A program made the position numbers and the translations under genes. A stretch of DNA of 63,786 bases, filler included, from Folioceros fuciformis (Eukaryota), in NCBI GenBank assembly GCA_049999805.1. It is 6 parts of 6 records of this genome, joined end to end, with 100 filler letters (N's around TTAATTAATTAA, not from the genome) between each part and the next. Parts side by side here need not be neighbours in the genome. Positions count along the whole stretch, not along the records: positions 1 to 13,447 come from JBNGIO010004607.1; 5 more parts are not named here. One strand, given 5' to 3'. Positions 1 through 11,590 of this stretch are shown piece after piece. The notes under the pieces were generated by a model, which was not told the DNA's origin, made no database searches, and saw nothing but the letters and a program-made list of their open reading frames with translations. How positions within the stretch are numbered: position 1 is the stretch's first letter; the number at the start of each line of letters is the position of its first letter.

Positions 1-13
1 AACGTCCACACTC

Positions 14-330
14 TCCTCCAATCTCCAACAATCTTCAACAATCTCCCACCAATGCCCCAAAAGCTCTCAACAATCTTCTAGACATCATCTCAAATCTCCA
101 GCAATCTTTCACCATCTTCCTCAATCTCTCAACAATCTTGCAGCGATTTCCCAGCAATTCCATACAGTTTTCCAGTTAGTTCAGTTAGTGCTCCTTCTCA
201 ATCTCAATCAACCACCTCACACATCGCATCGTGTCTAGTGCTTGGCCACACTTCTCTCCTTCTCTTCTTCTCTTCTCAACTCACTCAACTCTCTCAACTC
301 ATTCAACCAAACACACTTTCCTCATTCACT
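14..330. repeat. Degenerate C/T/A-rich short-unit repeats (caatctc(c/t)aa-like)
   Basis: Many imperfect copies of caatct/ctcaa; G-poor on the + strand. Confidence 0.55.
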
Positions 331-484
331 CCTTCAATCTTCGTCTTCGCACACATGCTTCCACACTTAGATACTGACCAGTGACTAATGTCTTAAGGTG
401 ATCCTGGCGAATTTTCACAACTATCTTCATCCTCATCTACCATGACACCGGCTTCATGATCCTCACTTTTAGATTTGGAATCCG

Positions 485-1100
485 ATGAAGTGGGATCAAA
501 GGAAATTCTATCCTCGTCATCCAAATTCTGTTCTTTGTCGATTCTTTGCTCAGACTCTGCACAAAGAGTGGGAGTTGTTAATAAATGAGAGAGTTTCTTG
601 GTGGCTAACCTGTACGTCAGGATATCAGCACTTCATGACAAACATGATCAAGTATCAGGTGGCTAACGAATTTCAGCAAATGTTTCTGTAGCTGAAAAAT
701 CAGCAATCTGTTCACAGTAACATCCTGAATTCATAGATTTGGTCATGGTCACAAACTGTCTATTTCGCATGGCTATACTGATGTGTGAGCAGTTGCATTG
801 CTGCTATTCGAACCTGAACCGAATCTAAACTGAATGAATCAAAAAAAAATAAAAAATTCGACAATTGATACCAGCGGGGGCTAGCGAATACGAAGTGTGC
901 TTCCACAGCAACCCATCAAGTGAGGAGGATTCGGGCAGCAAATTCGCAACGCACCCAGGCTGGATTCGGCGCATGGAATTGAGAACAACAAGAAACCGAG
1001 CAGATGTCAACCCATCCTAGAGGATATAGTAGCAAGTGGGAGTGTTGAAATGACTTCATTAGAATGTTGCCTATATTAACTAGGGTTAGGGCACGTTTCA
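485..1100 (+). mobile_element. Probable Ty1/copia-related remnant: decayed accessory ORF followed by PPT and LTR start
   Basis: The ORF from 485 contains FYPRHPNSVL, matching the leader ORF of the copia at 38858. The purine tract GCAAGTGGGAG (1032-1042) is followed by TGTTG at 1043, the same PPT|TGTTG junction style as at 45319-45332. The right LTR end is not determined. Confidence 0.45.
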
Positions 1101-2089
1101 TATTTTTAATTTTAGATATGGATGCACTTTGTTAAAAGGTGCACTCATTGGTGGTAGTTATAGAGGAGGAACCAATAGAGGAGGAAAGATGAGGAACAAC
1201 CCAAGGCCTTCTACAAATAACCTAAGGGCCTCTAACAACCCATGGCCAAAAGGGATATGAACCCCAAAATAATAAGAACTCTTATTTAGTATTATACGCA
1301 GAACTTAAGTGACCGTCATTGCATAAAGAATTAAGGGATCTACAAACTACCAAGAGAAGGATAATAATAATTTTCTTGTTATAATAAATTATTAAAATTA
1401 TTCTATTATTTCTGAAAATTATTCTATTATTTCTTGCTATAATGCTATTGTTGAAAAATGAGCTAAATGAGAATTTCCTAAACGGTAATTGAGACCTTTT
1501 CAAAAAGTACATTCTTCTCAGTTATACTTCGGTTAAGATTTTATTTTATTATTTAATAGTATTAGAAGTTGCTCATAAATAAAATTTTATCGTAGAAGAT
1601 GCTATCGAACGTTTAAAGGACACCTGCCTAAATGGGACCTTAGAGGGAACTTCCCAAGAGTCCCATCTAGGGAGGGTCGACTGTAGTGGACTACTGACCG
1701 AGATACGAGAACCATCTGTGGACGACAAAGGCAGCCTCTTTCGAAATGGGACGAGGCCCTGGAGGGGAATTGTACATATCGGTCTGAGACGAAATTGAAG
1801 TGGGGAGAAAATAAGAGACCCTGAAACGCACTGCGATGCACTCGTTCTCAAGCGTTAAGATGGCACAGTCTGAAGGAAAAAGATGTGGNNNNNNNNNNNN
1901 NNNNNNNNNNNNNNNNNNNNNNNNNNNNNNNNNNNNNNNNNNNNNNNNNNNNNNNNNNNNNNNNNNNNNNNNNNNNNNNNNNNNNNNNACAAACTTCTCT
2001 AAAGCCGAGGGTGACAGGTTCCATTCCCCAAAACTTGGCATGCCTTCCCCGCTGCTTACGGGGACGAATAGCTAGAGCTGTTGATGGCT

Positions 2090-2923
2090 CTACGCCACCA
2101 GAGTGCTGGCCGTGGATGACTCGCTGCACACCCGCACATATTGCATCCAGTGAGACATGAGATTTAAAGTGCTATGCAGGAAGATATGAACAAGGCGAGG
2201 ATCCCTGGGGAACTTACTACTTCCAGTTGGGTGGAAGCTTCTTGGTCCTCTTGTAGTACCGTGCCAGGCGGTGAACCCTGCTCTCGATCAAAATGAGCCT
2301 AAACTTAGAATCCTTGTCCTTGCGGTTCCTCTCGAGGTGCTTCCTCACCGCAACAGCCTTCTTGATCAAGTGGTACAAATCCTCGGGGATCTCTGGGCCG
2401 AGACCTGCGAAACCGATCCGTGTGAGGAAGCTTGCTGAAGTGACAGCCAACAACAGGTCCGTCTCGTCCTCGAGGATAAAGAGCCACAAGGAACCAGAGA
2501 ACGGATACCCATTACCAGTATACACCCCTGACGGCTCACTGTCGCAAGCCCTCACCGATTAAGGCGCTTGTCAGTGCGGCATACAGCAGGTAAGGGAAGA
2601 AAAGATTCAAAAGGTACCATGGCCCTTAAGGATCCGCAAAATCTTGCTGCCTGTGACGCTGCTCACTTGAGCGATTCCATACGAATCTCTCAGAATGACA
2701 CCGATCTGAGATGGCGTCAAACCCTTCTTCGCCAACTTGCAGATGTGCTCTTCGACCTGAAACAGCCCACGGCAGGCGCCAAACCCTAAGAACTGGGCGA
2801 TTGAACCTCAGCTCAAGAAAAAAAAAAACTGCGGCTCAGCTGCAACTTACCTCCGGGGCCGTGATCTTCAGCCAGGTGGGAGGAGTCCTCTTGTACGGCA
2901 ATGCCGACGAGGACATGCCCTTC
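2090..2923 (-). CDS. RPS13: 40S ribosomal protein S13 (uS15). Visible exons: 2923-2851, 2756-2618, 2404-2218, 2123-2090. The first coding exon is probably hidden in the N gap 3048-3147.
   Basis: The spliced translation gives [19 protein letters not shown]...[14 protein letters not shown]...[49 protein letters not shown]...[16 protein letters not shown]. All junctions are GT-AG. Confidence 0.97.
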
Positions 2924-2999
2924 CTGCGGAGAACACATCAAAGCTTACAACCGGGACAACTCCATCAAACCAACTTCAATCGACTTAGCTAAACCCTAA
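2781..2999 (+). promoter_or_regulatory. Two telo-boxes (AAACCCTAA) at 2781-2789 and 2991-2999 in the 5' introns of RPS13
   Basis: Exact AAACCCTAA matches; telo-boxes are typical of plant ribosomal-protein genes. Confidence 0.6.
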
Positions 3000-3580
3000 A
3001 CCCGCCTAGCAACAGAGACAGGCCCCCAGAACATACCCGCGACTGTGNNNNNNNNNNNNNNNNNNNNNNNNNNNNNNNNNNNNNNNNNNNNNNNNNNNNN
3101 NNNNNNNNNNNNNNNNNNNNNNNNNNNNNNNNNNNNNNNNNNNNNNNCACTGCGCCCCGCCGCGCCGCCGGTGAGAAACTGGGAGGCCGGAGACAAGGGT
3201 TGTCTTCACGGAAAGACCTTGGAGGCTGGCCCAGAGAGAATATGTAGAGCACAAGGACGCCCGTGCCCTGCTAGGGCTGATAGCCAATATATATAGGCGA
3301 ATGAGACCTAGACCACCGAGACTTCTTTCTTTTTTGAGAAATGTTTATTACCCGTGTGAAACCAAATCCATACAACCTCGGAAATAGCAACATAGAGCGG
3401 ACATTGCCCACACGACAAGGCCGATGCTACGCAAACGTCTCGGGGGGAACATGTTCCGATTTCTGCCGAGCAATTGGTACATGGATCTGTTCTTCACGCT
3501 GAACTCTTGGAAGGTTTTCGTTGAACCTAGAGGTCTCGAGTGGATTGCATGAGTGGTGCAGGTTCTGCACCGAAGCAGGC

Positions 3581-5448
3581 ATGGCCGCAGCTGCACTAGC
3601 TTTGTCTTCTGCCTCGTCCTCGTCTATGCGGCAGTCACAGCTCCTGGTCGCCTCGCATACAAGCTCAAGAGCCGCAGAGTATGTGCTGCGGGTGCGTGCC
3701 GAGGGTGTCGACACATCCAAACCCTCTACCACCTCCGCACCAGCTTCTTCCGACTCCAGTCCCTCCTCCTTGTTCCAGTCCAGCGTGAAGGCGGGGAATG
3801 CGTATCCGGGAGGGCTGGGGCCTTACACTGGCCGAGATCCGACTGTGAAGAAGCCTTCTTGGCTCCGGCAGAGAGCGCCCCAGGGAGAAAGGTATACTGA
3901 GCTCAAGGAATCGCTTTCCGGACTCAAATTGAACACAGTTTGTGAGGAAGCACAGTGTCCTAACATCGGGGAGGTCAGTCGGGACTTGTGCTCTTGTTTG
4001 TCCCTCTGTTTGGAGTTTGAGAGTGTAATCCCTCGCTGATGTTTTCATCGTTTGCTTTTGGTTTGCGTCAGTGTTGGAATGGTGGGGGCGGAGCTGGAGG
4101 AGAAGGAGATGGGATAGGGACGGCCACGATAATGCTGCTTGGAGATACATGCACTCGTGGTTGCCGCTTTTGTGCCGTTGCGACGAGCAAAAATCCTGCC
4201 CCTCCGGATCCTATGGAGCCCGAGAATACGGCTGCAGCGATTGCAAGCTGGGGGTAACATTTTCAGCCTGTTTGTGAAGTGCCTCGAAGCTCTTGAAGGT
4301 TTGGAACGTCGGGACTCGTTGTGAATTGGCTTGACGTTTGTGTTGGTGGTCTGTGTTGTTTTTCTCGTGGCAGTGTGGGTTACATCGTTCTAACAAGCGT
4401 GGACCGAGATGACATGCCCGATGGTGGCAGCAATCACTTTGCCCGGACAGTCAAAACACTGAAGGTGGCATACGTGTTTAGTAGGGTGTATGCTAAGTAC
4501 GCCCATGAATTTTTGCCGTGTTCTTTTCTCACTTTGTCTGGTTATGGTTTTCGTTCGGCAATGGGTTCTCTGAAAACATGCTGAGTCCAAGGCTGAATGG
4601 CAGGACCTCAAGCCGGACATATTGGTGGAGTGCTTGGTATCTGATTTTAGAGGGGATTTGGATGCAGTGGACATAGTTGCAACCTCCGGTCTGGATGTCT
4701 TTGCTCACAACATTGAGACAGTCAAGCGGCTACAACGGATTGTGCGAGACCCACGTGCAGGGTACTTTGTGAGCGTTGAGAGAATCATTAACCTGACGCG
4801 GGAAATGGAAAACTTCTGAACAGCAGGCTGACACATCAGTTGCTCTCTGTCGGCAGATATGATCAGAGCTTGTCTGTGCTGAAGCATGCAAAGCAAGCAA
4901 TTGAAGGCATGGTGACAAAGTCATCCATTATGCTAGGGCTTGGTGAAACCGATGATGAAATCAAGCAGACAATGCATGATCTTCGACAAGTCGGAGTGGA
5001 CATTCTTACGCTTGGCCAGTACCTACAGGTATGACGAAAGCTGGCCTTTCAGCCAGTGAAATTATCTTGCTGCTGGGCTCCCTAAACCAAAAGTCGAGGA
5101 CTGACATGCAGCTCGTCTCCATTGCACAGCCGACTCCTCTTCATTTGACAGTCAAGGAATATGTTACCCCAGAGAAGTTTGATGCTTGGAGAGAATATGG
5201 TGAATCCATTGGCTTCAGATATGTAGCGAGTGGACCCCTTGTAAGGTTTCATACTCATTCGTTTACAGGGGACGGCTGGGTAATGTTTCAGGGGGTTGCC
5301 TTTGACTCGTGCCATACGAAGCCTTCGTCTGAGCTTGGAGTGATGTTTCACGCAGGTTCGTTCTTCATACCGTGCCGGAGAATTTTTCATCGAAAGCATG
5401 ATCCATGCGGATCGGAGCTCGGCTGGCAAGGATTCAAAGTCTTCATAG
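3581..5448 (+). CDS. LIP1: Lipoyl synthase, plastid-type (radical SAM). Exons: 3581-3973, 4072-4253, 4374-4464, 4604-4761, 4857-5028, 5130-5240, 5356-5448.
   Basis: Motifs [45 protein letters not shown] and [13 protein letters not shown]. The Ser/Ala-rich N-terminus resembles a plastid transit peptide. Introns are GT-AG and keep frame. Confidence 0.96.
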
Positions 5449-5890
5449 CTCTAACTAGACTTTAACCCGAGCCGTAGTAGTTTTCAACGGAATCCTCAAA
5501 GATACAGCTAAATGCAGAGATTTGTGCGTTTCAACAACGCTTACGAAGGACACATTGGTCAATAATTGTTGCAGCCAATTGGCTCTTGTGTAGGAGGAGA
5601 GATTCATGAAGTTCTTAACAAGAAACTGAATTGTGACACCTACCCGTGCTCCATGGTTCCAGTGGCTATTGATAGACACCTCAATCGAGTGCAAGCATCG
5701 GTGCTTCCGCTATCTCAACACACATGCTTGAGCAGCGAGCGTACACACAACATCTGGGAAGAAGCGCAGTCTTGGTGAACGTACTAACGGCTTCACACCA
5801 TGTTGCTGTCAATCGCGTGTGATGCTCGAGGTGCACCATTTGCATGTGCCTTGCATCCATGCATAGGCTCTGGGCTTCCTGCTGTCAGCG

Positions 5891-8467
5891 ATGGCTGTCA
5901 GGAGGTTAACCGGCATTCTAGGAGGAGCTCTGGGTTGCCCGACTACTAGGAGGCCACTCTTTGCAAACAAGGAACCTGCCAGATGGAGCACCTTAGCAAC
6001 CTTGACCCTTGCTGGACACGGATCTTCGAGGCAGGAGGTGGTGGCTGAAACTGTGAGCAAGCTATGTTACGATGGCCATCTCAACGAGGCTGTTCAGGCT
6101 TTGGGAGCTCTGGTGCAGTCAGATTGCGCTATATCCAAATCCCTGTTTTATACCGTCCTCAAGGGCTGTGCCGTGAAGAGGAATCTTGTTTTAGGTCGTC
6201 GCGTCCATGCATTCACGGTGCAAATGGGTTATGAGTCGGACAGCTTCTTGTGCAACCACATCCTGCGAATGTATGCATCTCATGGCATGTTGCAGGAAGC
6301 GATGAATGTGTTCACCGTGGCTGCCGAGCCAAATGCCTTCTTGTGGTCTGCTATAATTTCTGCCCACGTTAAGCATGGACAAGCTAAGCAGGCTATAACA
6401 CTTTATCATCAGATGTGCAGGTCAAGTGTGAACCCGGATGGGCATGTGTTTGTGGCAGCCCTGCAGGCCTGTACAAACGAGGCAGACTTAAAAACTGGGC
6501 AGAAGGTGCACGCTGATGTCCTAGCCTGTGGGGCTGAGCCTGATGTCTTTGTCAACAATTGCCTGGTTGACATGTATGCCAAGTGTGGGGGCTTGGAAGA
6601 CGCGAAGGCTTTGTTTGAAGGGCTTCCTCGCAAGGATGTGGTGACTTGGAATGCCATGTTAGCAGGATATTCCCAGCACGGCAGAGTTCACGAGGCTCTT
6701 CATCTGTATGCTGCCATGCAACAAGAAGGCATCACGGCCCCTACTACGGTTACATTTATGTGCCTGCTGCAGGCATGTGCAAGTCTGGGTAGCCGGGCTT
6801 TAGAGAGGGGAAAGCAGCTTCACGCGCAGATCAGAGAACGAGGACTTCAAAATGACATGAGTGTAGCCAACACTTTGGTAAACATGTATGCAAAGTGTGG
6901 CAGTCTCGAGGATGCCCAGCACGTCTTCGACGGCCTCACTCAGAAGACTGTTGTCACTTGGACCACATTGGTCGCAGGATATGCCCAGCAGGGTATGGGT
7001 CAAGAAGCCCTTCAACTTTACAGGGCAATGGAAGAAGAAGGTATCGTTCCATCCAGTTCGGTCACATTTGTTTGCCTCCTGCAGGCATTTGCAGCTGTGG
7101 GTGCCTCGGCTTTGGAGATGGGAAAGGAGCTTCATGCGCAGATTGTAGAACAGAGCTTTCAGATTGATGTGGTCGTAGGCAACAGTTTGATAAACATGTA
7201 CGCCAAGTGTGGCAGCCTCGAGAAAGCCCAGAGAATGTTTGACGGGCTTGGTAAGAAGGACGTGGTGGCGTGGAATACGATGATAGCAGGGTATTCCCAG
7301 CAGGGCAGGGAAGAGGAAGCTTTGCATCTTTACAGCGCTATGCAGAAGGAAGGCATCACCGCAGCCAATTGTGTCACATTTGCGTGCCTTCTGCAGGCAT
7401 GTACGAGTTTAGGTGCTCCGGCTCTTGAGAAGGGGAAGCGACTTCATGCACAGATCACAGATCGGGGACTTGAGGCTGATATGGCACTAGGTTCCGGCCT
7501 GGTAAACATGTTTGCAAAATGCGGCAGCTTGCAGGATGCTCAGAGGGCGTTTGACAGCCTTCCTCGCAAGAATGTGGTGACATGGACTGCTCTAATTGCA
7601 GGGTACTCACAACAGGGGATGGGTCAGGCAGCTCTTCATCTGTACCATAATATGCAACAAGAAGGCATCGCTGTTCCAGACTCCGTGACATTTGTATGCC
7701 TCCTGCAGGCATGTGCAAGTGTGGCTGCCTTGCATCAGGGAAGGGAGCTTCATGTCCAGATTTCCAAACAGGGTCTTGAGGGTAAAGCCTCCGTAGCCTT
7801 AGGTTTGATCAACATGTACGCAAAGTGTGGGAGCATGAGTGACGCCCATCAGCTTTTTGATGGACTGCCGGAAAAGGGAATCGTCACCTGGAACACACTG
7901 ATTGCAGGACACACTCGTCTAGGAGACAGCGAAGCGGCCTTCAACTTGTTTCACAGAATGCGGGAACATGGCATACATCCGAACGGCATCACATTCCTTA
8001 GTATACTTACAGTCTGCACCCATGCTGGCCTAGTGAGCAAGGGAAGAGAGTACTTCGAGGCTATGGGCGGGCAGTACTGCCTCGTCCCCCGCATGGAGCA
8101 CTACACATGCATGGTGGACCTCCTGGGTCGTGCAGGCCACCTCAACGAGGCACTAGCCCTGTTGAGGACGATGCCTGTAGCGCCTGACGCTGCAGTGTGG
8201 CACACTCTGTTAGGTGCTTGCCGACTGTGGAGCAACGTGGAGGTCGGACTCCACGCTTTCAATGAGGCGGTGAGGCTGGATGAGAAAGACACGGCAGCAT
8301 ACGTCCTGATGTCGAACATATACACCGGTGCCCAAATGTGGGAGCAGGCACAGAAGATGCAGGGGAGGAGAACAGGAACAGGGACACGCAAGGAGGCGGG
8401 CCAGAGCTTGTGGGCAGATTTGAACGGAGCTGTGCACAGCTTCGTGGCCGACAATTCCGCTCCTTGA
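5891..8467 (+). CDS. Intronless PLS-class pentatricopeptide repeat protein with E domain and partial E+/PG-box, no DYW (organellar RNA-editing factor-like)
   Basis: 858-aa ORF with repeated P-L-S triplets (NSLINMYAKCGSLEDA...VVTWNAMIAGYSQ...VTFVCLLQAC) and an E domain (HYTCMVDLLGRAG...VWHTLLGAC...AAYVLMSNIY), ending GQSLWADLNGAVHSFVAD. Arg-rich N-terminal targeting-like peptide. Confidence 0.95.
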   Translation: MAVRRLTGILGGALGCPTTRRPLFANKEPARWSTLATLTLAGHGSSRQEVVAETVSKLCYDGHLNEAVQALGALVQSDCAISKSLFYTVLKGCAVKRNLVLGRRVHAFTVQMGYESDSFLCNHILRMYASHGMLQEAMNVFTVAAEPNAFLWSAIISAHVKHGQAKQAITLYHQMCRSSVNPDGHVFVAALQACTNEADLKTGQKVHADVLACGAEPDVFVNNCLVDMYAKCGGLEDAKALFEGLPRKDVVTWNAMLAGYSQHGRVHEALHLYAAMQQEGITAPTTVTFMCLLQACASLGSRALERGKQLHAQIRERGLQNDMSVANTLVNMYAKCGSLEDAQHVFDGLTQKTVVTWTTLVAGYAQQGMGQEALQLYRAMEEEGIVPSSSVTFVCLLQAFAAVGASALEMGKELHAQIVEQSFQIDVVVGNSLINMYAKCGSLEKAQRMFDGLGKKDVVAWNTMIAGYSQQGREEEALHLYSAMQKEGITAANCVTFACLLQACTSLGAPALEKGKRLHAQITDRGLEADMALGSGLVNMFAKCGSLQDAQRAFDSLPRKNVVTWTALIAGYSQQGMGQAALHLYHNMQQEGIAVPDSVTFVCLLQACASVAALHQGRELHVQISKQGLEGKASVALGLINMYAKCGSMSDAHQLFDGLPEKGIVTWNTLIAGHTRLGDSEAAFNLFHRMREHGIHPNGITFLSILTVCTHAGLVSKGREYFEAMGGQYCLVPRMEHYTCMVDLLGRAGHLNEALALLRTMPVAPDAAVWHTLLGACRLWSNVEVGLHAFNEAVRLDEKDTAAYVLMSNIYTGAQMWEQAQKMQGRRTGTGTRKEAGQSLWADLNGAVHSFVADNSAP

Positions 8468-9279
8468 AGGCCGGTGTATGCTACAGCAAAAGATGCTCTT
8501 CTCAGCCTGTCAGCCTTTACAACTGGCAGCATAGATGGAATGATCGACACTTGTGATATCATGTCGTAACATACCCTTCTTGTGGCATTGGGGCGGGCCA
8601 CAAAACTCCAAGAATCACAAATCCCAACCACCATTATTGGGTCATTGGCTCCTGAAGTGGTTGTCAACCTGGCAGTCAAGTCATTGTGGTCTTGTCCTGG
8701 TCATCTGGAGTCGTGAAGTCGGCCTGATGTCACTGTCATTCCCTCGATAGAACCACATATCGACTGCAGTCCAATTAGCTATGTAGTTATTTGTCCGAAC
8801 AGCTCAGCCCGAAAAAATGGCTTGCTGCGCATTCATACCGAGACACGAACCATACTATGATTTGTACTTGGTAGTGGGCCTAAAGTCATTGCTGGCCAGC
8901 TGCTAGCCCACCGGCCGTAGGATAATCCTCCCTGCAAAGTAAAGGGGTCTCCTGAGGTGGTGGGTTCCACCGCCCCCCACTCCCATGACCGCCTTGCCAT
9001 GTCCATAGACGATGGACTATGTATCTGCCCCTTCCCGGCACCGGAGAGCCGTATGAAATGCCCTTCAACGTTGGGAAAAGTCCCGGCCCGGATGGGATCG
9101 GAGTTTTTTGTTTGGGAATGCGAGTTTTTCGGATATCCTTTCATGTTCGTCATTAAAGACATTGCTGCTAGGGGTTCTACGGGGTAAAGGTCAGTGGAAG
9201 CCTAATCACGGTGCTGGCCAAGCTCATTGCGGGCAAACTCTATCCTCAACTAGCGGCCGATAAGTCTTTTGAATACACT

Positions 9280-10950
9280 TTACAAACTCATCTTCAAGCC
9301 ATTAACACTAAGATGCACTCCAAGGTGCATGGCTGGATTGGAGAGGGATAGGGATTCATCAAATGTAAGTGCATTTTGGATAGCTTGCTCCTAGTCATAG
9401 AAGCAAAGTGGTGGATCTCACAACAGTGCATCCCTACAATATGATTGAGTGGCCCTTTCTCACAAGAAGCTTAGGAAGTTTGGCTGTGGTAAGAATTTCT
9501 GCAAATAGATAGACATTATCTCAATGGATGCTAAGGCATGGGTTACATCAATGGAGATATCACCTCTTGCTTTGCCATTGGCTGTTCAATTTGTTAAGGG
9601 TTTCTACTTGCATTTACGTTGTTCACCATCATCATTGACTTCTTAATGTAGAAAGTCAAACCATCATTATTGACTTCTTGATGTAGAAAGTCAACAGCCT
9701 GACGGAGGCTAGTGTCATGCTGGAAAGGAACTTTGCATCTCTTGTCTGGCCAATGATACCCTTCTAGTTTCTCTTGCAGATGATAGATACCTACAAGCCA
9801 TACTACATGTTGTGTGGATAGTTAGCGAACATTCAAGTTGCAAGGTGAAATGGAGCAAAACTAAAATGCTTTGCTTGAATATAGATGATGAAGTTCTAGC
9901 TTTGGTGAGACACATTGACAAGATCCCAAGGGAGCAGTTCTATAATCATGTAGGCATACCATTGAAGAAAGATGATGAAAATTCTGCTATTTCTAAAAAC
10001 ATCTTCAACAAGTTTATATGCAAAGCTAGAGAAATTCAAGTTCTATAACTCAGCATGCCAGCTAGAATCATTGTCATCAACCACATTCTTACTACAACCT
10101 TACGGTTCAGGACATGGACAAGTGTAAAGCCTTGATTTTGTAGTTCCTCCAGAATTGCTTGATTGGCAACGCTTCCAAAGCTTGTAAGGTGGTGTGGAGA
10201 ATTCTAATTAAACCTAAGTCCAATTCTAATTAAACCTAAGTAGGCTCAAGCTAGTGGATCCTTTTTTGAAGACAATCCTTGCATGCCTATTGGATTTTAA
10301 AGGCCATTGGCCTTAATGACTCCCCGTGGAAATGTTTCTTGAACCCACAGGCTTCATAGTGCTAGACTTACATGTCGCGAAGCCCAACATCTTCTCTTTG
10401 AGTGCCAAACTTGCTATTTTTGGTAGCTCTTTATTATGGAACTCTCTCTGGGTTAGCTTCAACAAGGTTATTTAACTAGCTATTTGAATACCTTCTACTT
10501 TGAGGTTGGACCTTCTTGCCCTTCCACTCTAAGGCTATTGAGACATGTGGCAACCTCCCAGTATGGTTGCTATTCAAAGATCTCAACGCTTATAGAATGT
10601 AACGTTGGCAAGGTCTCGTCTTCTTTTCACACTTATGGGACCACAACAAGAGCACACGGAAACAAAATTGGGTCCTACAAAGTCAATATCGTATGTCCAT
10701 GCGATGTGCTTGGTTTATTTTGCACTGTGTGCAACAAGACTTATCAGCAAGAATTCTAGCTGCTCTTGAGATCGTACGAGAGAGCACTATTACATGGTCA
10801 ATCCAGCTCTGGTTCATGTGAACTTGTTGTGTTCCGATTCCATCTTCCAACTCAATTTAACAACTATCCCAATTTCGTCTTCTGGGGTAATTTGACAACT
10901 GATAGGCACAACTCCCTTGACAAGTTTTTGCCTAACACGAAGGGATTTCT
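9280..10950 (+). pseudogene. Decayed LINE (L1-like) reverse-transcriptase remnant
   Basis: Frame-broken motifs in L1 RT order: YKLI.K, GFIK..ILD.LL, IEWPFL, FGCGKNFC, ING, ISCLANDTLL (FADD equivalent), CKVKWSKT, HVGIPL, LSMPARIIVINHIL. Boundaries approximate. Confidence 0.75.
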
Positions 10951-11120
10951 ACATATGAAACAATAGGGCATTCCCTCTAATAGCTTCGGGCTCATTGAAG
11001 CTAACATGAGATCTTCGATTATGAGGACTCCAAGTTATTGTGAAGAGATGCCCTCCACAAGGGCGCTCTTTAAGACCAAATGTTGTGGAGGTTGCCCTCA
11101 ACGAGGGTCCAGTGTTGTGG

Positions 11121-11356
11121 AGGGCCAGTAGATGTTCTGCGGAGGGCACCCTCTACACATAAATGGGGTGCTATGTTAGAGGGCCAGTAGATGTTCTACG
11201 GAGGGCATCCTCTACACATAAATGGGGTGCTATATTAGAGGGCCAGTAGATGTTCTGCGGAGGGCATCCTCTACACATAAATGGGGTGCCATATTAGAGG
11301 GCCAGTAGATGTTCTGCGGAGGGCACCCTCTACACATAAATGGGGTGCCATATTAG
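11121..11356. repeat. Minisatellite: 4 near-identical copies of a 59-bp unit
   Basis: The unit agggccagtagatgttctgcggagggcaccctctacacataaatggggtgcyataktag starts at 11121, 11180, 11239 and 11298. Confidence 0.95.
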
Positions 11357-11359
11357 AGG

Positions 11360-11590
11360 GGTTTCTTCTGAAACTTTAAGATGGGATGTTGTGGAGGACA
11401 TCCAAGGTTTCTTTAAAAACTTTAAGATCGGTTGTTGTGGAGGATGCCCAAGGTTTCTTTTGAAACTTTAAGGCCAAGATGTTGTAGAGGGCACCCAAGG
11501 TTTCTTTTGAAACTGTAAGATTGTATGTTGCAGAGGATGCCTGAGGTTTCTTTTCAAAATTTAAGACCGGATGTTGTGGAGGATGCCCTT
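11360..11590. repeat. Minisatellite: ~5 diverged copies of a ~45-48-bp unit
   Basis: Repeated ggtttctttt(g)aaactttaaga...gatgttgtggaggatgcccaa. Confidence 0.85.

Noticed and set aside
8465-8467. PPR stop codon removed by U-to-C editing
   Set aside because: Plant U-to-C editing is established for organellar transcripts, not nuclear mRNAs; the downstream frame has no DYW domain anyway.
11121-11590. Regularly spaced repeats resembling a CRISPR array
   Set aside because: Units are contiguous with no unique spacers, there are no cas genes, and the context is eukaryotic: a minisatellite.
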